64,000 nucleotides of DNA from Macrostomum lignano (Eukaryota): contig NIVC01001715.1 of the NCBI GenBank assembly GCA_002269645.1, positions 1 to 64,000 of the forward strand. The letters are read 5' to 3'. Under the pieces are notes generated by a model. That model was given only the letters and a program-made list of their open reading frames with translations, was not told the origin of the DNA and made no database searches. A program made the translations under genes and the position numbers. This document shows, in pieces, positions 45,501-57,500 of the stretch. Each line of letters opens with the position of its first letter. The first letter of the stretch is position 1.

Positions 45501-48500
45501 CAATTTGGATGCAACAAATGCGATTAGTCGACTATTGGTAATTTACTAAAGTCTTATGCCTTATAATCTGTGTCGAATTATATTGTTAACCGAGATTTAT
45601 CGCACATGTTTTAATTTTTAATTCAAGGTGAACGACATTCGAATATTCATTGTGGTTAGAAGCATAGGTGAGGAGGCACCCGACAAAAGATTCGACTGTC
45701 TGGTGAGAAACGGGTGAAGATGGGTTATGGCAGGGGTCGGCGAACTGCGGCCCGCAAAGCCTCTCTATCCGGACCTCGGGTCCTTTGAAACTTCACAATA
45801 GCAATCCGGCCCGTTCAATGTTTATCTCTCTCCTCTCCTCTCCTCTCCTCTCCTCTCGTCTCGTCTCGTCTCGTCTCGTCTCCTCTCCTCTCGTCTCCTC
45901 TCCTCTCCTCTCCTCTCCTCTCTTATCCTCTCCTCTCCTCTCCTCTCCTCTCCTCTCCTCTCCTCTCCTCTCCTCTCCTCTCCTCTCCTCTCCTCTCCTC
46001 TCCTCTCCTCTCCTCTCCTCTCCTCTCCTCTCCTCTCCTCTCCTCTCCTCTCCTCTCCTCTCGTCTCGTCTCCTCTCCTCTCGTCTCCTCTCCTCTCCTC
46101 TCCTCTCGTCTCGTCTCCTCTCCTCTCCTCTCCTCTCCTCTCCTCTCCTCTCCTCTCGTCTCGTCTCCTCTCCTCTCCTCTCCTCTCCTCTCCTCTCCTC
46201 TCCTCTCCTCTCCTCTCCTCTCCTCTCCTCTCCTCTCCTCTCCTCTCCTCCTCTCCTCTCCTCTCCTCTCCTCTCCTCTCCTCTCGTCTCGTCTCGTCTC
46301 CTCTCCTCTCCTCTTCTATTCATTTAATGTTATCTTGCCAGTTTCCATTTTTGAGCGCTTCATTTCAGATCAAGCAGCTGGGCGCCTACGGTCTCAAGTA
46401 CCAGTGGATCCAAGTTGGATTCCCATTCACAACGCGACTGAGACCTGTTGAAGCCTGCTCAGACGGTGAACGCGCGATTGCGATGGAGGGATCGCTGGAA
46501 TTTGACAGCGATGTCAACGACCCTGCTGTAGTTCATCAACCGGACATCACTGGGAGGGTTAGTAGTTTCAATAATTAGAACAGTTAAAAGTACAAGCAAA
46601 TTGGGTATTAAATTAGCCTGGTATCTTGGAGGACGTCCTGCTCTTTGTGCCGGACGTTGCGAGTTTGTGCCGAAGAGATGCCAGACAAGGACGAAACTTC
46701 CGCAATGTCAGCGGTCTGGACGTTCGAGACGCTGTGGCGTCTTCGACAATTTTACATCAACTTTGTTTGAAAACACCGTACGAACCCAAAGACCTTTAAG
46801 ATCCCCTAAGACCCTCAAGATCCCCTAAGACCCTCAAGATCACCTAAGACCCTCAAGATCCCCCAAGACCCTCAAGATCACCTAAGACCCACAAGATCCC
46901 CTAAGACCCTCAAGATCCCCTAAGACCCTCAAGATCACCTAAGACCCACAAGATCCCCCAAGACCCTCAAGATCCCCTAAGACCCTCAAGATCACCTAAG
47001 ACCCACAAGATCCCCCAAGACCCACAAGATCCCCTAAAGCCCTCAAGATCCCCCAAGACCCTCAAGATCACCTAAGACCCTCAAGATCCCCTAAGACCCT
47101 CAAGATCCCCTAAGACCCTCAAGATCCTTTAAGACCCACAAGATCTTCAAGACCCTCAAGATCCCCTAAGACCCTCAAGATCCCCTAAGACCCTCAAGAT
47201 CCCCTAAAGCCCTCAAGATCCCCCAAGACCCTCAAGATCACCTAAGACCCTCAAGATCCCCTAAGACCCTCAAGATCCCCTAAGACCCTCAAGATCCTTT
47301 AAGACCCACAAGATCTTCAAGACCCTCAAGATCCCCTAAGACCCTCAAGATCCCCTAAGACCCTCAAGATCACCTAAGACCCTCAAGATCCTCTAAGACC
47401 CTCAAGATCCCCCAAGACCCTCAAAATCACCCAAGACCCTCAAAATCATCTAAGACCTTCAAGATCACCGAAGACCCTCAAGATCCCCCAAGACCCTCAA
47501 AATCATGCACCTAAGACCCTCAAGATCCCCTAAGATCCTTAAGATCCCATAGACAATTACGAACGCTCTAGAACCCGTAGAACCCCTAAATCACATGTAA
47601 TAATCTAACCTCATTGACCTTAACTAGAACTACCTGACCTCACTGATCCCCCCCATCGAACCAGACCCTAGACGAGAGCTTCTCGGATTTCCTAGCCCAG
47701 TACAAGGACGTCGCGGTAAACCCCCGGCCGACAAGCATCGTAGGCTTTGCTCTGCGCTTCGACGCTGTGATGACGGCGGCTTTGGCCATCAATGCCACGC
47801 TATTGGAATCCGAAGGGAACTACACCGATCAGCTGTCCAATCAGCAGTTGGGCAACACGTCGTTTAAATGGCGTCTATTTAAAAACATTCTTGCCTTGGA
47901 CTATCCGGGACTTTCGGTTAGTAACTTATAGGTATGCTTGTAGCACACTTAATCGTAAAATATTGCAAGCAATAAGACAAGCTAATTTTCAATTGCAACC
48001 ACTAAGGATCAGGTCAAGTTTGACTCCAGAGGCGACAGGTCATCCCGAATTTATATCTACCAAATTCGTGGTAAGTATCTATTTGAAAATCGAAATTTTT
48101 GTGCAATTATTTAAACAAAGTTTTCGGAACAAAGTACTTTGGACTTGTTTAAATTCGAAAAAACCCGGCGTTTTTAATTAGTGACTCAACGACATAATTA
48201 CATGTTGAAATTACAGATTTAAAAAGAGTTCTCCTAGGCACGCTCGATTCGGAATCTGGAGAGATTAACTGGCTGAAAAAACCGTGGTTTGCGGGTAAGG
48301 GTGAAACTTTTTAATTTCACTTTTTGGCGAAAAAAAGCTACCTAATTAGGAAACAACAGTTTTTGCTTAATTTAGCAATCTCCCTTTAATTATGTCAGCG
48401 TAAAGAACTTCAACTTTTTTTATGTACCATCACAACACAATACGAGTACAATCCCTCTGCACACCCACTCCACGCACCAACCCACTCCAGGCACCAACCC

Positions 48501-51500
48501 CACTCCAGACACCAACCCCACTCCACGCACCAACCCCACTCCAGACACCAACCCCACTCCCAGCACCAACCCCACTCCCAGCACCAACCCCACTCCAGAC
48601 ACCAACCCACTCCAGACACCAACCCACTCCAGACACCAACCCCACTCCAGATACCAACCCCACTTCCAGCACCAACCCCACTCCCAGCACCAACCCCACT
48701 CCAGGCACCAACCCAACTCCCAGCACCAACCCCACTCCAGGCACCAACCCAACTCCCAGCACCAACCCCACTCCAGACACCAACCCCACTCCCAGCACCA
48801 ACCCCACTCCCAGCACCAACCCCACTCCAGACACCAACCCACTCCAGACACCAACCCACTCCAGACACCAACCCCACTCCAGATACCAACCCCACTCCCA
48901 GCACCAACCCCACTCCCAGCACCAACCCCACTCCAGGCACCAACCCCACTCCCAGCACCAACCCCACTCCAGGCACCAACCCAACTCCCAGCACCAACCC
49001 CACTCCAGGCACCAACCCCACTCCAGACACCAACCCCACTCCAGACACCAACCCCACTCCAGACACCAACCCCACTCCAATCACACATACAAGCACATTT
49101 CAGCTCTATCCAGCCATTTCATGCACTTAACCGCGAACTCTCTATACCTGTACGCTCTTTCCCCTGCAGGCGGTGCCGTTCCCGTCGACTCGCCCCGGGT
49201 GGTCAGACAGTCGGCCAGTATCGGCACCGCTGGCGCTAGCGTCACCATCTGCCTCTCAGCCTGCGGCATCGGCCTCACCCTGGCAGCCGTGGTGTTCAAT
49301 CTGTGCTACCGACAAGAATCGATAATCCGTTTGAGCAGCCCCTACGTAAATTCGGTTATCGGGCTGGGCTGCGGCCTCTGCTATGCAGCCTGTCTAGCAA
49401 TGACCTTGAACGCTGGCCCATTGGGCCCCACTCGGTTAAGTCTGTGCTGGACTCAGCTGGTCTGCTTAATCGCTGGTTACTCGTGCGCCTTTGGCGGCAT
49501 GCTAGCTAAAACCTGGCGTGTGTACAAAATTTTCACTAACAAGCAGCTGAGGAAACTGGTACGTTATTGGGACTCGAGGGTGAGGGCTGGCGGAAGGGTT
49601 AGTATGGAAAACAAATCTACACGTTAGCTAAGATAATTCCACTAGATACCACATGTTAGATCCTAGATACCACATGTTAGATCCTAGATACCACATGTTA
49701 GATCCTATATACCACATGTTAGATCCTAGATACCACATGTTAGATCCTAGATACCACATGTTAGATCCTAGATACCACATGTTAGATCCTTGATACCACG
49801 TGTTAGATCCTAGATACCACGTGTTAGATCCTTGATACCACGTGTTAGATCCTAGATACCACGTGTTAGATCCTAGATACCACGTGTTAGATCCTTGATA
49901 CCACGTGTTAGATCCTAGATACCACGTGTTAGATCCTTGATACCACGTGTTAGATCCTTGATACCACGTGTTAGATCCTTGATACCACGTGTTAGATCCT
50001 AGATACCACGTGTTAGATCCTTGATACCACATGTTAGATCCTAGATAACACATGTTAGATCCTAGATACCACATGTTAGATCCTAGATACCACATGTTAG
50101 ATCCTAGATACCACGTGTTAGATCCTAGATACCACGTGTTAGATCCTTGATACCACGTGTTAGATCCTAGATACCACGTGTTAGATCCTAGATACCACGT
50201 GTTAGATCCTAGATACCACGTGTTAGATCCTTGATACCACGTGTTAGATCCTAGATACCACGTGTTAGATACTAGATACCACATGTTAGATCCTTGATAC
50301 CACATGTTAGATCCTATATACCACATGTTAGATCCATTTGGATCCACATGTGTAGATATCACATTTACAACTTTGGCTTGGACTTATAAATGAAAATAAA
50401 ATGAAAATGAAACTCTCACTACACAACCATAAATCAGATAAGATACAACAGGGTAACAGGTTGTGCAAGCAAAGTTAAAGCAATGGTAATCTTCACTGCC
50501 CCAGATCAAATTCAATTATTGATTTTTACTATCTCCGCAGTGTATTTTTTTCTAGGAAATTGGCCTTCAAAAAAGTACACGATCTTTGAGTTCTAAGCGA
50601 TCCTTTTACGCTATAGTGGTCCTTGGATTTTTTGTCATACACTTACTGGTAGAAATTATTTTAATTTGCTTGTTAAGTTTTTTATTGACTAATTTGTGCA
50701 TTAGAGCCTCGATGTAACTGCATTTTGTGCCTTTCTTCTACATTGATCTAATCCCCACAACTGGTACTAAGCCGCACTAAAGTTCTCCCTCTAATCCTTT
50801 AATTTCCCGAAAATCCCTAAAAGTTGTACTAATGCCCTAACGGGTCTATGAGAATTTCCCGCAGGAATTTTTTCCCGCCTAGCTTTCCCCGCACGAGTTT
50901 TTCCCGCACGAGATTTTCCCGCAGCGAGTTTTTCCCGCGACGAAAATTTGCCGCGGGAGCTTTCCCCGCACGAGATTCTCCCGCAGCGAGTTTTTACCGC
51001 AGCGAGAGTTTCCCGCAGGAAAGTTCCTCGTCGAGATTTTCCTGCCGAGCTTTTACCGCCCAGATTTTCCCGCACGAGATTTTCCCGCACAGACTTTTCC
51101 AGCAGAAAGATTTTCCCGCAAGAAATTTCTCGTGATTGCCTGTTTACCTTCCTACCTTCCTACCTGTCTGTCTGTCTGTCTGCCTGCCTGGCTGGCTGCC
51201 TGTGTCGAATTTATCAAAGAAAATCGCGTCTCTGCTAATAGCTTTCCTTTTTATAATTTCTTTCTTAAGGTAAACAGGCAATCACGAGAAATTTCTTGCG
51301 GGAAAATCTTTCTGCTGGAAAAGTCTGTGCGGGGAAAATTCGTGTGGGAAAATCTCGGCGGTAAAAGCTCGGCAGGAAAATCTCGACGGGGAAATTTCCT
51401 GTGGGAATTACTCTCGCTGCGGTAAAAACTCGCTGCGGGAGAATCTCGTGCGGGAAAATCTCGTGCGGGAAAAACTCCTGCGGGAAATTCTCGTGCTCCC

Positions 51501-54500
51501 GCCCTAACTTTATTCCACGCCCAACTTCCTTAATTACTTACTAGCTGGGTATGGGTTGTCATCGGTACGATTTACCCTTGGTAGCTCCAGTGCAGGAGCG
51601 GAAAGACCGTATTAAAGATTTGTACAAAGTTACGGTTAACCAAGATAGAAGGTTAAGCTTAGAAGCCAGGTTGAAGCTTTTTCGTGCTTCTTGCGTTCTA
51701 TTTATGTTCTCCCATTGACTTGCACTTATCAGTAAAACAAACTAATGCACTAAAACAAATTATTCTAAACAAATTTTTAGTAGCATTTTTTGGCGTGAAT
51801 TTGGCCATAATGGCCACATATGGTTTCACAAACAAAAGTATAGTTTTCTAGGATTTCTAAATTCGCCTTCATGAATATTGTTCGATTCGATTGCCGTGTA
51901 ATTTCTGCGGACAATGCCGCTTTGAACCACCTCGGCATTCTCTATACTGACAGGCAATCAGAGACTGGCATCTGTTTGCGGTAATTCTGCTTATCCTGCT
52001 ATTGGATGCTTTGGTTCTGATTATATTGGCCTTCGCCGATCCGTTGAAGCTGGTGGTTGACCAAATCAATAACCAGGTTCGAAGCACTTTTTTATCGTTT
52101 AAAACTGTCTCTGTAGGTCCTCCCACAGCACTGTTTGATTTCATACAATTTTAGGAAGCAATCGCTGATGGCACTGTGACAATCACAACTCTGTCGGTCT
52201 GTCGGTCGTCCAGCAATTGGCTCTGGAAAGGAATCCTAGTTGGCATGAAAAGTAAAGGGATTTTACATGTCCGAGTACTGTTCTTAACCATTTTTTCGAG
52301 TACTGTTTTAGTAACTAATCCAAGCTATTTAGTCTAATCTAATTTAGTTTTTTCAATCTAACCTATCTAATCTAATCTAGTCTAATTCAACTAATCTAAT
52401 CTAATCTAATCTGATGTAATCTAATCTATTCTAATCTGCTCTGATCCAATCTAATCTATCTAACCTATCTAATCTAATCTATTCTAACTGATCTTGTAGA
52501 AGTCTTCGTTGGTTATTGAATGAGAGCAAGGCGGTGGTTCATTTGGTAGTTTATCAACGGAAACCAGATCGAAGAGAAAACAAGGGGAAGGTGATTCGGG
52601 TCACTGCCGTCCGCCGTATATTTATAGATTTGTAACTGCCTTCCGGAAATTTCTAGAAGGATTGAGCGCATCTTAACAAAGCGATTAAACACTTAATTAT
52701 ATACGTTACGCAAATACGAGTAAAATATTAACAGTTAAGTAATAAATAATTATTTACTATTTATATGCGTATGTTATAGATAAGATGCTAACTTGAAGAA
52801 GTTTCTGGAAATATAAATCTTTTTGACTTTAGAAATCTAACGAAATTTCGAGAAAGTTATTAAAGTACGCTACAATCTAATCTAACCTAATATACCTGAT
52901 ATAATCTAATCTATTCTAACTGATCTAATCTAACCTAATATATCTGATCTAATCTAATCTAATCTGATCTGATGTAATCTAATTCAACTAATCTAATCTA
53001 ATCTGATCTGATCTGATCTGATCTAATCTAGTCCTATATACTAAAAATGAGTTGTCTGTATATGGGTATGCGATTGATTTCAGAAAAATTGGCTCAACCG
53101 ATTTTCTTCAAACTTGCAGCATTCGATCAGAAATTTTCCTGGGACGGTACATGCATCTTGGCTAAGAAGTTGCTCAATGTTAAAGGGATTAAATATTCGA
53201 AAAACATGCTTTTTTGCAAAGGTCAAGCCAAATTTTTGACTTGAATTGCATTGTAAGAATGCTAGAGAAAAAACTGACTGACTGAATTCCGATTTTGATA
53301 AAGATTGCATCACAACAAGGTGAAAACAGTGCCACAGAAACGCACACAAGACTTGATTGAAATTGCGTAACCATATTGCTAACTTAAATTGAGACTGATA
53401 CTGGCTGACTGAGAAATTGATTATGTCATAAACTTTTACTCTAACCGACTTGCTATAAGTATTGAATTATAAGGGCCACAGTTCAATTGAAAAGAGATAG
53501 CCGGATGCAAACAGACTGGAATGCTAATGTAGCGACCTTGGTTCGAATCTTAGTAGTGAAAAATGTTTTTTTATTAAAACACCTTGAAAACACAAAATGC
53601 TAAACATTAAAGAGCCACCATGTCAAACATAAAACAGCCACCATGTCAAACATTAAAGAGCCACAATGTCAAACATTAAAGAGCCACCATTTCAAACCTA
53701 AAAGCGCCACCATGTCGAACATTAAAGAGCCACCATGTCGAACTTTAAAGAGCCACCATATCAAACATAAAAGAGTTACCATGTCAAACATTAAAGAGCC
53801 ACCATGTCAAACATTAAAGAGCCACCATGTCAAACATAAAACAGCCAACATTTCGAAAATTAAAGAGCCACCATGTCAAACATTAAAGAGCCACCATGTC
53901 GAACATTAAAGAGCTACCATGTCAAACATAAAACAGACACCATTAAGAACATTAAAGAGCCACCATGTCGAACATTAAAGAGCCACCATGTCAAACATAA
54001 AACAGAGCCACAATTTCGACAATTAAAGAGCCACCATGTCAAACATTAAAGAGCCACCATGTCGAACATTAAAGAGCCACCATGTCAAACATAAAACAGC
54101 CACCATTTCAAAAATTAAAGAGCCACCATTTCAAACATTAAAGAGCCACCATGTCGAACATTAAAGAGCCACCATGTCAAACATTAAAGAGCCACCTTAT
54201 CAAACATTAAAGAGCCACCATGTAAAACATTAAAGAGCCACCATGTCGAACATAAAAGAGGTACCATGTCAAACATTAAAGACCCACCAGGTAAAACATG
54301 AAAGTGCCACCATATCAAATATTAAAAAGCCACCATGTCAAGCAATAAAGAGCCACCAGGTAAAACATGAAAGTGCCACCATGTAAAACATTAAAGAGCC
54401 ACCATGTCAAAAATTAAAGAGCCACCAGGTCAAACATATACATGACTCCATGTCAAACATTGAAGAGCCACAATGTCGAACATAAAAGGGCCACCATGTC

Positions 54501-57500
54501 AAATATTAAAGAGCCACCATGTCAAACATTAAAGAGCCAACAGGTCAAACAAGAAAGTGCCACCATGTAAAACATTAAAGAGCCACCATGTCGAACATTT
54601 AAGAACCACCATGTCAAACATAAAATAGCCACCATGTGAAACATATATGTGACTCCATGTAAAACATTAAAGAGCTACCATATCAGACATATACATGACT
54701 CCATGTCAAACATATACGTGACTCCATGTTAGACATTAAAGAGTCACCATGTCGAACATTAAAGAGCCAACATGTTAAAAATACAAGAGCCACCATGTCA
54801 AACATATACATGACTCCATGTCAAACATTGAAGAGACACCATGTCGAACATAAAAGAGCCACTATGCAAAACATAAAAGAGCCACCATGTCTAACACTAA
54901 AGAGCCACCATGTCAAAAATAAAAGAGCCACCATGTCAAATATTAAAGAGCCACCATGTCAAACATTAAAGAGCCACCAGGTCAAACATTAAAGTGCCAC
55001 CATGTAAAACATTAAAGAGCCACCATGTCAAACATATACATGACTCCATGTCAAACATTGAAGAGACACCATGTCGAACATAAAAGAGCCACTATGCAAA
55101 ACATAAAAGAGCCACCATGTCTAACACTAAAGAGCCACCATGTCAAACATGAAAGTGCCACCATGTAAAACATTAAAGAGCCACCATGTCAAACATATAC
55201 GTAACTCCATGTCAAACATTGAAGAGACCCCATGTCAAACATTAAAGAGCCACAATGTCGAACATAAAAGAGCCACCATGTAAAACATATACGTAACTTC
55301 ATGTCAAACATTGAAGCGACACCATGTCGAACATAAAAGAGCCACCATGTCGAACATTAAAGAGCCACCATGTCGAACATAAAAGAGCTACCATGTCAAA
55401 CATTAAAGAGCCACCATGTCAAACATAGAAGAGCCACCATGTCAGACATTAAAAAGCCACCGTATCAAACATAAAAGAGTTACCGTGTAGAACAAAAAAC
55501 AGCCACCATGTCGAACATAAAAGAGCCACCATGTAGAATATTAAAGAGCCACCATGTCAAACATTAAAAAGCCACTTTGTCGAACATTAAAGAGCCACCG
55601 TGTCAAACATAGAAGAGCCACCATGTCAAACATAAAAGAGCCACCATGTCAGACATAAAAAGCCACCATGTCAAACATAGAAGAGCCACCATGTCAAACA
55701 TAAAAGAGCCACCATGTCAGACAGTAAAGAGCCACCATGTAGAACAAAAAACAGCCACTATGTCGAACATAAAAGAGCCACTATGTAGAATATTAAAGAG
55801 CCACCATGAAGAACATTAAAGAGCCACCATGTCAAACATTTAAGAGCCACCATGTCAGACATTAAAAAGCCACCGTATCAAACATAAAAGAGTTACCATG
55901 TAGAACATTAAAGAGCCACCATTTCAAACAGTAAAGAGCCACCATGTCAAACAGTAAAGAGCCACCATGTAGAACAAAAAACAGCCACTATGTCGAACAT
56001 AAAAGAGCCACTATGTAGAATATTAAAGAGCCACCATGAAGAACATTAAAGAGCCACCATGTCAAACATTTAAGAGCCACCATGTCAGACATTAAAAAGC
56101 CACCGTATCAAACATAAAAGAGTTACCATGTAGAACATTAAAGAGCCACCATTTCAAACAGTAAAGAGCCACCATGTCAAACAGTAAAGAGCCACCATGT
56201 CAAACATAAAAGAGCCACCATGTCAACATAAAAGAGCCACCATGTCAAAAATTAAAGAGCCACCATGTCAAACATAAAAGATACACAATTTCAAACGTAA
56301 AAGTAAGCGAATTTTAAAGGAGCCACTATAATGCTAAGGAAATTGTCGCACTAGCTACTTATTGTCTGGTGGATGCTTGCTATTTGGGGATGCTATCTAT
56401 GTGGGGGGATGCTTGCTCTCTGGAAGATGCTTGCTATCTGGGGGAAGCTTGCTATCTTGGGGATGCTTGCTATCTGGGGGATCCTTGCTATCTGGGGGTG
56501 CTTGCTATCTGGGGATGCTATCCTTCTGGGGGATGCGTGCTATCTGGGGGATGCTTGCTATCTTTGGGATGCTTGCAATCTGGGGGATGCTTGCTATCTG
56601 GGGGATGCTTGCTGTCCTGGGATGATTTCTTTTTGCATTGCACTTCATTTAAGTATTTTGTCTGTTTTCTTTTTCTTTTTGTTACTTGTAGAGAGCGGAG
56701 ATTCTATACAGATGTCCCCCAACGGGGGGCGAAGATTGCTAGTCTAATCTAATCTTATCTAATCTAACCTAATCAGATCTAATCTAATCTAATCTAATCT
56801 GATCTGATCTAATCTTATCTAATCTAACCTAATCAGATCTAATCTAATCTAATCTAATCTGATCGGATCTAATCTAATCTAGTCTAATCTAATCTTATCT
56901 AGTCTAATCTAACCTAATCTGATCTGATCTAATCTAATCTAATCTGATCGGATCTAATCTAATCTTAGTCTAATCTAATCTTATCTAGTCTAATCTAACC
57001 TAATCTAATCTAATCTAATCTAATCTGATCGGATCTAATCTAATCTAGTCTAATCTAATCTTCTCTAATCTAATCTAACCTAATCTGATCTGATCTAATC
57101 TAATTTGATCTAATCTACTTTAATGAACAAGACTTAAAAGAGCAGAACTTAACTTTTGCATCAACCTGACTGACCACTCCAACAACATTTGTCAATTGGC
57201 AGCTGTATTTCTTCTATTTGGAATATTTTTTGCATGGGAGACCCGTACGGTGCACGTGGAGGCGCTCAACGATTCGAAAACAATTGGCATCTGCGTTTAC
57301 AATACGACTGTGATGGGCCTGATTGGAGTGGTGCTGGACTTCGCTCTGCCAGTTGGTTCGATCGACTTGCGTCATCAGCTGCTCAGCTGCTGCATCATCG
57401 TGTGCGCTACAACCACAGTGCTGCTGGTCTTCGCTCCTAAGGTCTTTGTTTTTATGACATCGTTCTGCATTAATGATAATAACGATAATTTATTACACCT

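Larger units (their letters stand above)
53027..56742 (+). mobile_element. Non-autonomous Helitron-like element carrying minisatellites
   Basis: 5' end A|TC(tagtc)ctatatactaaaaatgag...aaccgattttcttcaaactt; 3' hairpin gtcccccaacggggggc (56714-56730) followed 8 nt later by CTAG|T (56739-56742). No TSD; inserted in a (TAATC)n array. The exact 5' base (53027 or 53032) is uncertain. Confidence 0.7.

Noticed and set aside
43450-56300. Regularly spaced 20-35-bp repeats as possible CRISPR arrays
   Set aside because: Units are contiguous with no unique spacers, there are no cas genes, and the context is eukaryotic introns.
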